Assembly: GCF_006345805.1 (NCBI RefSeq) | Contig: NC_043011.1 | Coordinates: 48,000,464 to 48,064,463 of the forward strand | Origin: Octopus sinensis | Taxonomy: Eukaryota | DNA length: 64,000 bases | Direction: 5' to 3' | Shown: positions 1 to 12,193 of the stretch, one piece after another | Position numbering within the stretch: position 1 is the stretch's first letter | Layout of the letters: each line of letters begins with the position of its first letter | Notes under the pieces: model-generated | The model's database searches: none | What the model was told of the DNA's origin: nothing | What the model saw: only the letters and a program-made list of their open reading frames with translations | Program-made: the position numbers and the translations under genes

Positions 1-30
1 ACTTTCAGGCCTTGTGCCAAAAATGGAGTC

Positions 31-91
31 TATAATTATTATTATTATTATTATTACTACTGCTACTACTACTACTACTACTACTACTACA

Positions 92-122
<31 letters not shown>

Positions 123-128
123 TTATTA

Positions 129-166
<38 letters not shown>

Positions 167-167
167 A

Positions 168-207
<40 letters not shown>
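31..207. repeat. (ATT)n/(ACT)n compound microsatellite
   Basis: Direct trinucleotide runs; source of the 14..259 poly-I/T ORF. Confidence 0.95.
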
Positions 208-208
<1 letters not shown>

Positions 209-318
209 TCAAATTCTGCAGAGGTCGATAAATTAAGTACCAGTTGCGTACTGGGTTGATCTAATCGACTGGCCCCATCTCCCCACAAATTTTTGGGCCT
301 TGTGCCCAGAGTAGAAAA
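208..318 (+). mobile_element. SINE family B fragment (short-tail variant B2)
   Basis: TTCAAATTCTGC-GAGGTCGATAAATTAAGTACCAGTTG...GGCCTTGTGCC, matching the units at 15328 and 38884. Confidence 0.8.
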
Positions 319-352
319 GATTCTTCTTCTTCTTCTTCTTCTTCTTCTTCTT

Positions 353-383
<31 letters not shown>

Positions 384-389
384 TCATCA

Positions 390-426
<37 letters not shown>
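319..426. repeat. (CTT)n then (ATT)n microsatellite
   Basis: Direct repeats. Confidence 0.95.
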
Positions 427-608
427 TTCATATACCCACAACAGATTAGACTTGGAAAAGTAAAAGCAACCCTGACATTGAGCTACAAGTAACCTTAGAT
501 GCCAAGAACCCTCCTAAGTATCCTAGCTGTCCCTAATAACACTGTTTTCTGGAATTGTATTAAACTGGGTTTTATGTCTATTTCCTCAGTCCATCTGTTC
601 AGATTATT
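427..608 (-). mobile_element. R4/Dong-clade non-LTR retrotransposon, extreme 3' end
   Basis: Minus strand reads NNLNRWTEEIDIKPSLIQFQKTVLLGTARILRRVLGI* (stop 495-497), the QKxxLLGTARILRxVL C-terminus of RLE-type elements; short 3' UTR then (TAA)n. Confidence 0.85.
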
Positions 609-1368
609 ATTATTTTTTTTTTTTTTTTTTGTGGCACACTTGTAACAAAGGATCAGTTTTTACTCTCTCTTTGAAACATGTTTTATTCAAGCATCAACTA
701 TTGAAATTTTTATAGGAGTACTTGGAAAAAGAACTATAATTGTCTGAGGAAAACCTGATCTCAACAACATAGGGTAAACAAATTAACAGTAGCAACACAA
801 AAAAACAGCAACAAACCCCTATTTCCAATGCACCACCTGTAAAATTCCCTGAGGATAACAAAGGAAATATATTTAGGTCAAGTATCACCAACAGGTGAGC
901 AAATACTTCATTCCTTAGTAGTACTAACCTGCAGTAGCACACATTTACCATGTGGTGAGAAAGACATAATTGTAGATAAACTACGAAGGAGAAAAAGAAG
1001 AGCAAAATCATAATTAGAAGAAAGACAAGCTAAACAACACTGATGAGGAGGAGGGAGAGCTTTTTCTAAATGATAATGAAATTCTGCCCCATGGAAATAA
1101 TGAAGAAAATGCACGGAGCAAAGAGGAAGTAAGATGCATCTGTGAAGCCATAGATTCTCCACAGAAATTATAATGACATAAAACGGTTTGAGGGAAAATC
1201 AAAAAGATAAATTATTATTATTAGTAAAATTGAAATTAAGACATTATACTGAACTTAAAAACAAAAGAATGCCCTAAAAACCTTAATGTTTTCAAAACAA
1301 AGTATCTTTAAAAAATACTTAATGGTACATTTGGTTGCACTTGGAAACAATTTTTAAAATGGCTAAAT

Positions 1369-1452
1369 GGTGCAGGAGTAGCTGTGTGATAAGAAGCTTG
1401 CTTCCCAACCACATGGTTTCAGGTTCAGTCCCACTGCATGGCACATTGAGCA
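1369..1452 (+). mobile_element. SINE family A, tRNA-like head only
   Basis: GCAGGAGTAGCTGTGTGATAAG...GGTTCAGTCCCAC; A-box/B-box-like motifs. Confidence 0.8.
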
Positions 1453-1999
1453 CCACATCTGCCACACACACACACTATTCAGATGCCACCACCATCAATA
1501 CCTTTGACTTCACCACGTTCCCCTCCACCACTATCACCACTGTCTTTCACATCATTTACACTGTTATACCTGACTGCCTCGGCTACCACCACCACCACCA
1601 CATCAGTACTGCCACCTCTGCCTCTATCACAACTACAGCTCATACCATTACTATCACTCCATTACCATCACAAAAAGGCTAAATGTGTGTATAAAAGGAT
1701 TATGTCCAGTATGTTAGTTCAGTGTTCAGTCCCTCTTTCTCTCACATACTCGCTCTTTCTCTCTTATTATTACCCCCACTGCCACCATCAACACTACTAT
1801 TTTTAATAAAAGCATCATCAACACTCCCTAAATCTCTGTCTCTTTTTCTTTCTCTCTCTGTCTTCATCACCACCCTTACTGTCTCTATGTCTACTATTAC
1901 TCTCACCCCAGCATGAGCAATAGTAGGAGTGTCAATAAATAGTCAAAATGTGACACACTGACACACAGATATTAGTTTTCACGTTTACTATATTAGATG

Positions 2000-2051
<52 letters not shown>

Positions 2052-2170
2052 CACACACACATGCACATATATGTATGTGTATATGTATGTGTGTGTGTGT
2101 ATATACATGTGTATACATATATATATGTATATGCACATAGAGAAAGAGAGAGAGAGATGTATGTGTGCTG

Positions 2171-2234
2171 TGGTGTTGAATCTGGAACCACATAGTTGTG
2201 AAGTGATCTTCCTAACCACATATCCATACCTGCA
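2171..2234 (-). mobile_element. SINE family A, degenerate head
   Basis: Reverse complement resembles the family A head. Confidence 0.55.
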
Positions 2235-2478
2235 ATGGAATTAGTTAAGACCAATGTGACTACATATTGCACATTTATGTAGAAACTTATAATGAAGTGT
2301 GTGTAATTAAATATCTGAGTTGTGGTTAATAAAATTACCATTTGTCAGATTATTAATTTCATCTTTAGAGATGAAAGATTTTTTCAAAAATATTTACATC
2401 TGAAGTATGTTTCATTGAATTTGATCTGATGATGATTGGAGATCAAACTCACCGAAACATAATGTAAATGTAAATATA

Positions 2479-2889
2479 GGCGCAGGAATGGCTGTGTGGT
2501 AAGTAGCTTGTCTACCTACCACATGGTTCCGGGTTCAGTCCCACTGCGTGGCACCTTGGGCAAGTGTCTTCTACTATAGCCTCGGGCCGACCAAAGCCTT
2601 GTGAGTGGATTTGGTAGACGGAAACTGAAAGAAGCCCGTTGTATATATGTATATATATATGTGTATATGAGTGTGTGTGTTTGTGTGTCTGTGTTTGTCC
2701 CCTAGCATTGCTTGACAACCGATGCTGGTGTGTTCATACCCCGTTACTTAGCGGTTCGGCAAAACAGCCCGATAGAATAAGTACTGGGCTTACAAAAGAA
2801 TAAGTCCCGGGGTCGAGTTGCTCGATTAAAGGCGGTGCTCCAGCATGGCCGCAGTCAAATGACTGAAACAAGTAAAAGAGTAAAAGAGA
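2479..2889 (+). mobile_element. SINE family A, full length (~410 bp, internal TA/TG tract, AGTAAAAG tail)
   Basis: Collinear with copies at 3712, 27480, 33986 and 37980. Confidence 0.92.
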
Positions 2890-3454
2890 GAGAGAGAGAG
2901 TATTGAAAACTAACTTTCATCTTTAGTGATGAGGTTAAAAAGTCTGAAAAACGGTACTTATATAAGATTGTGCAGTCCCCGTTTTAAAAGTGATAGGATG
3001 TTGTATAAGTTTTCACTGTTATTTTAAGGCAATTAAAAATAATTTATGGTTGCTTCCGAAACACATTTTAGCAACAGCCTTAAGGGAGATAGGTCTAATC
3101 CATTCTGAGAGAGGTAAAGACTCTAGACATACAAAGACAAACAAGGGACCAGGTAAGAAGGACACTGAATGAGGGTTAAAACTAAAGGAAAAGAGATGTG
3201 TTGCAGCTAACTCTTTGAAGACATCCTAGTAAATTGAACAAGAAGTGTCATTATAGGATTCACAAAATGATACTAATCAATAAAATAAAATGGGATATTT
3301 TCATTTCTTTATTTTTAAAATGATTAATTTGAAGTTATATTATTGATATTGTTTTCCTTTCATTTATTTTGGTCTCCTATTTACTATCCTGTGTAATCAG
3401 GACCAGATTAAAGCCCATAAAGGCCCTAAGCATTTAAAAGATCTTGATGCCCCT

Positions 3455-3705
3455 ATATATGTGTGTGTGTGCGTGCGTGCATGCGCGTGTGTGTGTGTTT
3501 GTGTGTCTGTGTTTGTCGTCCCAACATTACTTGACAACCGATGCTAGTAATGTTTTTGTCCCCATAACTTAGCTATTCGGCAAATGAGACCGATAGAATA
3601 AGTACTAAACTTCCAAAGAATAAGTTCTGGAGTCAATTTGTTCAACTAAAGGCAGTACTCCAGCATGGCCACAGTCATTGACTGAAACAAGTAAAAGAGT
3701 TAAAG
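3455..3705 (+). mobile_element. SINE family A, 3' half
   Basis: Starts at the internal TA/TG tract and ends in GACTGAAACAAGTAAAAGAG. Confidence 0.85.
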
Positions 3706-3711
3706 AATGTA

Positions 3712-3879
3712 GGAGCAGGAGAGCCTGTGTGGTAAGCAGCTTGCTTACCAACCACATGGTTCCAGGTTCAGTCCCACTGTGTGGCACCATGGGCAAGTGT
3801 CTTCTACTATATCCTTGGGCCGACCAAAGCCTTGTGAGTGGATTTGGTAGACGAAAACTGAAAGAAGCCCTTTGTATAA

Positions 3880-3938
<59 letters not shown>

Positions 3939-4149
3939 TGTGTCTGTGTTTGTCTGCCCCAACATCGCTTGACAACAGATGGTGGTGTGTTTATGTTCTC
4001 GTAACTTAGCGATTCGGCAAAAAAGATTGATAGAATAAGTAATAGGCTTACAAAGAATAAGTCCTGGGGCAGTTTGTTTGACTTAAGGCGGTGCTCCAGC
4101 ATGGCTGCAATCAAATGACGGAAACGAATAACGGAATAAAAGAAAAGAA
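3712..4149 (+). mobile_element. SINE family A, full length
   Basis: Head, body and tail collinear with 2479-2889. Confidence 0.9.
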
Positions 4150-4425
4150 TGTCTAAAGTGATTTCCTTTGCACACCTTTTACCTTGTACCGTTACCCTGT
4201 ATCCTTTACCATTATTTCTATGGTGCCCCACCACTTTTCCTTGATGCCTTAAGTATGAGCTTATTTTACTTGATGGTTAATCCAGTGCTGTGTAATGCTT
4301 TTATGATAAACATTTGGTTGGTTGTTTGTTTTGCATGTAACTAAAATGAACGATCATCTCAGATTTTGATGCTGCATTCGACAGGTCAAGAGGCTACTGA
4401 GAACAGCAGTTCCTTCCAAAACTGG

Positions 4426-4525
4426 NNNNNNNNNNNNNNNNNNNNNNNNNNNNNNNNNNNNNNNNNNNNNNNNNNNNNNNNNNNNNNNNNNNNNNNNNNN
4501 NNNNNNNNNNNNNNNNNNNNNNNNN
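4426..4525. other. Assembly gap (100 N)
   Basis: Exactly 100 N, typical of an unknown-size gap placeholder. Confidence 0.98.
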
Positions 4526-4671
4526 TTAGTTTCCGATTGCCAAATCCATTCCCACACGGTTTTGGTCGGCCTAAGGCTATAGGAGAAGACACTTGCCCAA
4601 GATGCCATCTAGTGAGACTGAACCTGGAACCATGTGGTTGGGAAGCAAGTTTCTTACCACACAGCTGTACC
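4526..4671 (-). mobile_element. SINE family A, 5' half cut by the gap
   Basis: Reverse complement of the head and proximal body. Confidence 0.85.
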
Positions 4672-5587
4672 ATTTTTTTTCTTAATCAGCCCTACAAGTA
4701 CAAAATATATAATGTGATTTGAATCGAGTTTGCAGCCTGTCTATTGTTGTAACAACTCTACTGATATATGTGCATAGATATACACAAACACATACACACA
4801 CACATGTATGCACACATGCATACACGCGTACACACAAAGAAAAAGAGCGAGAGAAAGAAGGAATGAAAGTGTGGGGGGTAGAGAGAAATATATAGACATA
4901 TCTGTATCTCATAAATATACATATTTTTAACTATATGTGTGTGTGTGTCTGTGTGTGTCTGCGTGTGTTTGTATATACACTCTCTCAGTATATACATATT
5001 CAGACAAAACCTTGTCTCAAAAGATATGAAATGGCCAGAATAATTGCATTTCCTTGCCAAAATTTAATTATTCAAGCTTACATTCTTCAACTTCTCACAC
5101 TCCTCTGCCTTCTCTACTCTCTGGCCACAATCCCCTCTTCATCTACACACCTGTATACACACACACACACACACGCACACACACATACACACATACACAC
5201 ACATACGCACAACATGCACACAGTTAATCTATGTTATGCACAAACATAGATAATCTCTTGTGTTATTCCCACTGATACGCACATTGTCACTCTATGTTTA
5301 CGCTCCAATTCCCATACATACACATAACACACACAGACAGATGAACACACCCAAACACTCATAAATACACACAGAGACAGATACACACATTAGATATAAT
5401 CACAAACAAATACACATGATAATGTACATATAAACAGACAGAAACTTTCTCTCACTAAAAACATACACAAAAATATTCCCTTCCTTCCACTCAAACTCTT
5501 TTCACTAATTCATGTTTCCTAAATCTTCAACTTGGTCCCAGAACATCTGTAAAGGCCCTTAAGCACAACCCCTTCCTCTTGACCGCT

Positions 5588-5930
5588 GGCACTCCTTTGG
5601 TTATAATGATGAGTGATCGAATTCTTATGGAACAGCCTGCTCCTGAAATTAACATGCAGGTACCTGAACACTTCACAGACAGGCATACCTTTAATGTAGT
5701 TCTCAGGGAGATTCAGTACAACACAGAATGTGATGTGGCTGGCCCTTTTAACTAAGGGTACTTTCATTCTTTGAACTTTTCAACTTTAAAGCTGTGGTTA
5801 TGCTGGAGCACCACTGTTACCAGTTGAGTATACTGGAGCAACATGAAATAAGGGTCTTGCTCAAGGATACAATGCATCCCCAGGAATTGAATTCACAATC
5901 ATAAGATCACAAGCCAAATACCCTAAACAC
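5588..5930 (-). mobile_element. SINE family E (tRNA-like head, long body), degenerate with a small insertion
   Basis: GTAGTTCTCAGGGAGATTCAG is the reverse complement of the body motif CTGAATCTCCCTGAGAACTAC; head at ~5820-5930. Confidence 0.7.
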
Positions 5931-6136
5931 TTTATTTCACATTGCTCCAGTCCACTCAGCTGGCAAAAATGAGTAGTACCTGTCATATTCTGTGTCATGT
6001 TGAATCTCCCTGAGAACTACATGAAGGGTACACATGTTTGTGGAGTGCTCAACCATTTGCACATTAATTTCATAAGCAAGCTGTTCCATTGATCGTGTCA
6101 GCTGGGATCCTTGTCATTGTAAATGACGAAGTGCTC
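5930..6136 (+). mobile_element. SINE family E body
   Basis: TTGCTCCAGTCCACTCAGCTGGCAAAAATGAGTAG...TTGAATCTCCCTGAGAACTAC; matches 12290-12450. Confidence 0.8.
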
Positions 6137-6294
6137 CTATATATGAATGATCTGCAATTTTGATATAAAAATAACTATAGTATTATTGGTGAAGATATAT
6201 TAGATGCTATTTAAAATATATATAATACTAAACCAACTTATTTCAGCACAAAATTCTAGTGTGAAAGCATGGAACAAGAACAGTGTTTTGTTGT

Positions 6295-6990
6295 TATATG
6301 TTTGACTTTTGCTTTGTATTTGTACAAGTTGAATCCAGGTCTCACCCAGAGACCTCAAGAAACAACAAGTTAGAAGTTCAAGTTGGTGCTATACCTAGGG
6401 TGCCATATATTTAGTTTTACACAAAGTATCATTCTAGAGAATGTTTAAGAAAACACAAGAAAATTATAAAGTTTGTCTTAAAATTTGAGATTACATAGAC
6501 AGTATTTTATGTAGAATATGGGCTGTTGCTATGAGCACTATCTTTTAAATTTCTACCATTTTGAGGTTTCATGGTTTCTGAGCTAGGGAGCAATCAGCCC
6601 CTTTTACTATCATTCCTAGGGCACCTATGACAACAGGTATTGATTAGTCTTGAGGTTCCACATTTTGTCAATTTCTATTTCAAGATCTTTATATGGCTCA
6701 GTTTTTGGTAGGTCTGGACAGATACACTTATGTCGATTGGGACAGTCATATCAATGAGGAGGCATGATTTTTGTCTGAAGTCCTTCAATATAATGTCTGA
6801 CCTATTTGCATCTTTCTTTCTGTCAGTTTGAACAGTGAAATTCCAGAGGAGTGAGATGTCATCATTTTCAAGCACTGGAGGTAGTTTGTGTTCCCACCAG
6901 TTTTTATCATGGGACAGGTCCAAGTTCTTTGCATATTACCCAGTGACTATATTTTGCTGCTCTATCATGCCTGTTGAGATACTCTGTATT
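6295..6990 (-). mobile_element. R4/Dong-clade LINE 3' fragment with restriction-like endonuclease (RLE) domain; frameshifted relic
   Basis: EYLNRHDRAAKYSHWVICK, then WWEHKLPPVLENDDISLLWNFTVQTDRKKDANRSDIILKD...CLLIDMTVP, DLEIEIDKMW, IPVVIGALG, IVLIATAHILHKILSM* (stop 6491-6493). Confidence 0.92.
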
Positions 6991-7000
6991 ATTATTATCA

Positions 7001-7093
<93 letters not shown>

Positions 7094-7115
7094 TAATAAT
7101 AATGATAATAATAAT
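6987..7115. repeat. (ATT)n followed directly by (AAT)n: self-complementary microsatellite
   Basis: Strand switch at about 7050/7051. Confidence 0.9.
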
Positions 7116-7231
7116 TTAAAACATTCTATGATGAATAAGTGAGGGTACATAGGCTAGTTGGGATGTTGCACTCACAATCTCAAGGTTATCAGTTTGACTA
7201 TCAAACCAGATGGTGCATTGGTGCTTCAAGT

Positions 7232-7631
7232 CAGGGCTGGATTAAGACCCATCAAAGCCCTATAAAAGATTATGTAATTCAAAATATAAACAATAACAAG
7301 CCATAAAATTAATTTTTATTTCTCAAAATGAAACAAAACAGTAAGAGGGAAAATAGTGTTTATTTTTCTATGCCTCCACTTTATTTATATTTGAAAAGGT
7401 TCCTCCTACTATTTTGAATTGCAAAGTCTTTGATCAGATCCTCAAAGTTAATCTTAGGTAATACATCTGCATCTATACTTAGTAGAGATAAAGTCATCCC
7501 GAATATTATTTTAGCATGTTTCAAGTGATTTCTTTTGTACCATAAACCATTTACCATTTCTCTGGTGCCCCCCTCCTTCCCTTGATGCCCTAAGCACATG
7601 AGTATTTTGCTTGATGGTTAATCCAGCATTG
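7232..7631 (-). mobile_element. hAT deletion derivative/MITE retaining the transposase C-terminal dimerisation segment
   Basis: TIRs CAGGGCTGGATTAA ... TTAATCCAGCATTG; minus strand LSLLSIDADVLPKINFEDLIKDFAIQNSRRNLF resembles the hAT C-terminus (LxxLSIExD...FxDxIxxFAxxKxR). Confidence 0.75.
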
Positions 7632-7874
7632 TATTGAGTTCTTGAGAAATCCAGTACCTCTCACATTGCTCTGCAATCATTTGAACATCTGATGTGTGGC
7701 ACACCATGCACTTTTGCAATCAATAGCAATTTAACAGAGGATGTGAGCTTTTGTGCAGCACATGCATCTGATCTGTGCAGCTTGTTGAGATTAAGAAACT
7801 ACTATTTATAATAAATAAGATGCTTTGTTCTCAAATATAGCCTTGGTAGATATATATATATATATATATATATA

Positions 7875-8132
7875 TACTAAGCAATAAAGGGTTTAGCAAC
7901 GAATTGCCTTACCACATACCGAATTTAGAAATAGCAGTCAAAGAGTTATAGCTATTTCTTCTACTAAAAAGGGAGATCTCAGTAAAAACAGCAATGGAAG
8001 GCAGACACAAACAATTGCTGTTTTTACTGAGATCTCCCTTTTAGTAGAAGAATAGCTATAACTCTTTGACTGCTATTTCTAAATTCGGTATGTGGTAAGG
8101 CAATTCGTTGCTAAACCCTTTATTGCTTAGTA
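7875..8132. repeat. Near-perfect fold-back inverted repeat (~120-bp arms, 18-nt loop)
   Basis: 7875-7995 is the reverse complement of 8014-8132 apart from two 1-nt indels. Confidence 0.95.
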
Positions 8133-8547
8133 TTACTTAAATTTTCCTCGAATGAGGCTTTTATATGCCGAAGACTACTTGGTGTAATTGATAATTATTC
8201 CAAATTAATTAATTTCACCCTTCATTATTACGGATAACTATATATATATATATATATTTCACCTTCAAAACGTAGAGTAGATGAAACCATAGCGACTGGA
8301 GAAGGGGTTTTTTCTTTGTGTTAATTGTCCTGTACTCTATTTTTTGTTGTTTTAAAAAAATGTCCAGTTCCTTCGTTTGTGTCTATGTTTTCGTTTCTCT
8401 CATTGTGTTCGACGTCTTTTTGGGGGTGTCTGTACTCATATATGCGTGTATATGTACATGTAGAGGTAGGTACATACATATATGTTTATATATATGCATA
8501 TGTTTTATTTCATTTATTAATATATATATATATATATGTGTGTGTGT

Positions 8548-8830
8548 GGAGGCGCAATGGCCCAGTGGTTAGGGCAGCGGAATCGTGGTTTCGATTCTCA
8601 GACTGGGCGCTTTGTGTGTGTTTATTGAGCGAAAACACCTAAAAGCTCAAAGAGGCTCCGGTAGGAGGTGGTGGTGATCCCTGCTGTACTCTTTCACCAC
8701 TCTTTCTTCTGTTGGCCTGCTCGCTTAGCCAGCAGGGTGGCATCGTTCAAAGGCTAAAACAATGCAAACGCATTGTGACCAGCGATGTGTAGCAACATCT
8801 GATGGTCTGGTCGGTCACGTGATCACGTGA
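8548..8830 (+). mobile_element. SINE family C, tail type C1
   Basis: tRNA-like head GGAGGCGCAATGGCCCAGTGGTTAGGGCAGCGG; ends GGTCACGTGATCACGTGA then (TA)n. Confidence 0.88.
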
Positions 8831-9128
8831 TATATATATATAAAAATATATATATATATATATATATATGAAAATATATATATATATGTTGTAAACTGGT
8901 CACACACGTAAATATAATAGTTGGATTAAGTATATCAAAATACCGACTTCTAAGTACATATAATGATTAGAGTACAAAACTACAAAATAACTACGTAAGC
9001 AAAAATTTGTTTTATATCCCAAAAAACTTAATAAATTTTTCTGATTGTGGGGAAAAATGGGAGGAAAAGGATGATGAAATAACATCTTACAGAATCATAC
9101 TTGTCTTATTTCGTATTTCTCCCTTTAG

Positions 9129-9475
9129 CTACATATATATATATATATATACATATAATATATATATACATATATATATATACATATATATTATATGCAT
9201 ATATATATATAATATATACATATATATATACATATATATATACATATATATAATAGATATATATATACACATAATATATATATATACATATATATATAGA
9301 TATATATATATACATATATACATATATATATAATTATATATACAATATATATATATATATATACATATATATATTATATACATACATACACACCACACAC
9401 AACCTATATATTATATATACATACATACACACACACACACACATATATATATAATATCTCATACATACACACAAA
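9129..9475. repeat. (TA)n/(CA)n compound microsatellite
   Basis: Direct; source of the YI-repeat ORFs. Confidence 0.95.
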
Positions 9476-9963
9476 CACACTCATTAGCACATATACACAC
9501 ACACATACATAAGTATATCTTTTCCTTGGTACCAATATAAACTATAAAGTTATGGTTATGCTGGAATATATTGTGAATTTTTATAACATTAGCCATTCTT
9601 AATGACACTTATATTTCTCTGCTATTGAATACTACTATAACTAATGTGTGTGTGTGTGTGTGTGTGTGTGTATACGCACACATAAAAATATGCATACGTA
9701 CAAACATCCAGACACACGTATATATATCAAAGAAATCATCATAATTCTTCCTTCTCTTCTTCTTTTCCCTCCTTCTCCTCCACTTCCACTTCCTCCTCCT
9801 CCTCCTCATCATCATCATCAGTAGTAGTAGTAGTGGTAGTAGTAGTTATTCTTGAAATATCTGCTACTTATTACAATGTAAATAGCTGATAATTTATATG
9901 TTATATGTTATATTTTAATTATCATTATTTCAACATTCGCTCTAAACCTTTTGTTTGAATATA

Positions 9964-10038
<75 letters not shown>

Positions 10039-10304
10039 GTAAAATTATTCAAAGCAAAAAAAAAGGATGAAAAACCAAAGATTGTTCAAACATAATATAG
10101 TTTTTGAAAACAAATTACCAGTATGAAATTATACAACATTTAAATTTCACTTAACACGATAGAAATAAATTTTAATTATATTTTCCACTCATTCCTTACA
10201 AACTATACAACACTTGACAACCACATTTCTAAATATGAACTTCAAATAATACTCTAATATATAAGTACAGGAATTAATGTATTGTTATTATATATTTATA
10301 AATG

Positions 10305-10501
10305 TATAAGCATATATATATACACATAAATATTTATATCTATATACATATAAATGCATATATGTATATGTATGTACATATATGTGCATGTATATATATA
10401 TATATGTATGTATATGTGTATATATATGTATGCATATATATATATATATATACAAATAATATCAACATATATATATATATGTAAATATGTGTATATCGAT
10501 G

Positions 10502-10533
<32 letters not shown>

Positions 10534-10640
10534 CCACACACATATTTATATTGTACATATACACATATATATACATACAAATATAAAGTGACATATATAT
10601 ATATACACACATACACTCCCCACTCTCTCTCTCCCTCTCT
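10305..10640. repeat. (TA)n/(CA)n/(CT)n compound microsatellite
   Basis: Direct. Confidence 0.95.
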
Positions 10641-11013
10641 CTCTTTCACCAGTAATTTTGCAAATATTTAAATTGAGAATGCATCTATTAAGAAAATTAA
10701 AACCATAATTGAGTCAAAATACAGAATTTCAAATTTGTTATCTTATTTATAATAATTTTCTTTTTGTTTTTGTTTCATTTCTTTTCTCCCCCATCCTTCC
10801 CACTGATGTTGTTATATGTGTTTGGCATTAGCTTGTTTTCTATCTTCATCATTAACCATAAACATAGCTCTGTTTGAAGTTATGTGTATAGCTTTGATCA
10901 CGAGAAGCATGTATGACAAGTACATTGGCAAGTTTATATAACCTAATGCTACTAACTAGACCTGCAGTTGCAACCAGTTTAAAATGGTTAAAGTTTATAG
11001 GCTTAACCTTTTA

Positions 11014-11315
11014 GTGGAGGCACATGGCCTAGTGGTTAGAGCAGCTGACTTGCGGTCAAGGAATCACGAATTCGAATCTTAGACCGGGCGATGTGTGTGT
11101 TTATGAGCGAAACACCTAAGCTCCACACGGCTCTTGCAGAAGGTAATGGTGAACTTCTGCTCACTCTTTCGCCACAACTTTCTTTCACTCTTTCCTCCTG
11201 CATCTTGCAGCTCATCTGTAACAGACCGACGTCCCATCCAGGTGGGGAACCTATATGCCAAGGAAACCAGGGAACCGGCCCTTATGAGCCAGACATAGCT
11301 TGAGAAGGAAGGAAC
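11014..11315 (+). mobile_element. SINE family C, tail type C2
   Basis: Same head and 5' body as 8548; 3' part GACGTCCCATCCAGGTGGGGAACC...GGAAACCAGGGAACCGGCCCTTATGAGCC. Confidence 0.8.
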
Positions 11316-11319
11316 AGCC

Positions 11320-11670
11320 TTAACTTTTTAGCATTTAAACCAGCCATATCTAAGCCAAAATTTTCTTCTAGTTTTACATTTGAACTGACTAGAACTGGCC
11401 TCTCACACCTATCCAACAATGTCTTTAAAAACATAAAAAATCATATCATTGAAATCTTTATCCAAACTGGCCTTATCTATCACAAGTAATTTACTTTATG
11501 TTCAAGATGGTCAGAACTTGCCGCTCACACTTTTCCAACAATGACATGCTACAAATAAACAGTCACATCACTGAAATCTCAAAGCTATGAGATAATGCAT
11601 GACTACTTCAAAGCATTGTGAATAAATAAGGGTTACATTTGACAGAATAATCTGAATGGTAAAGGGTTAA
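11320..11670. mobile_element. piggyBac-like MITE (family F) with internal duplication
   Basis: TTAA at both ends; TIR-like (C)CTTTAGCATT ... AATG(G/C)TAAAGGG; matches 36238-36448. Confidence 0.75.
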
Positions 11671-11700
11671 AGTCTGCATGTTTTATGTGCAGACTGTATG

Positions 11701-11736
<36 letters not shown>

Positions 11737-12113
11737 CTTTATTTAAAGCAGCAGAAAATTCAACAAAACCTGTTACTCTGAGTTTCACTACTCTACCACT
11801 GATTTTTGAGTACTCTTTTTTCCACCTTGTTTCACATTTATGTGTTTACTCCGGTATATATGTATATATACAACAACCTCAAACCCACAAGAGTAAACAA
11901 GAGAGGCAGAGACAAGCATAAACAAGGAAAATGCCCCTTGTATTTGAACACTATGCAAATATTCTTTTGAAAAGCTTTTCATTCAATTTTCCCAAAATTT
12001 AATAGTTTTCCATGCTTACGGTTGAAGAAGTCTCAATGACTGAAACCGGTACTGAAATGTTTTTTATAAAATTTCTTTAGCATTTTCTACTTTGACTTTT
12101 TTCCCATATATAT

Positions 12114-12145
<32 letters not shown>

Positions 12146-12193
12146 TGGATATATGGGTATTAACAGAATCATTAAAGCATTTATGCCAGTCAT

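Larger units (their letters stand above)
3398..4290. mobile_element. hAT-like MITE interrupted by two SINE A copies
   Basis: TIR-like CAGGACCAGATTAA ... TTAATCCAGTGCTG; TGTAAT on both flanks; right part matches 7515-7631. Confidence 0.65.

Noticed and set aside
3072-3152. 81-bp phase-symmetric exon candidate (ATALREIGLIHSERGK...)
   Set aside because: Weak polypyrimidine tract; similar DNA at ~25497-25530 suggests a dispersed repeat remnant
7224-7639. 8-bp TSD for the hAT derivative at 7232
   Set aside because: The flanks CTTCAAGT and TATTGAGT match too poorly to call a TSD; the element call rests on the TIRs and peptide
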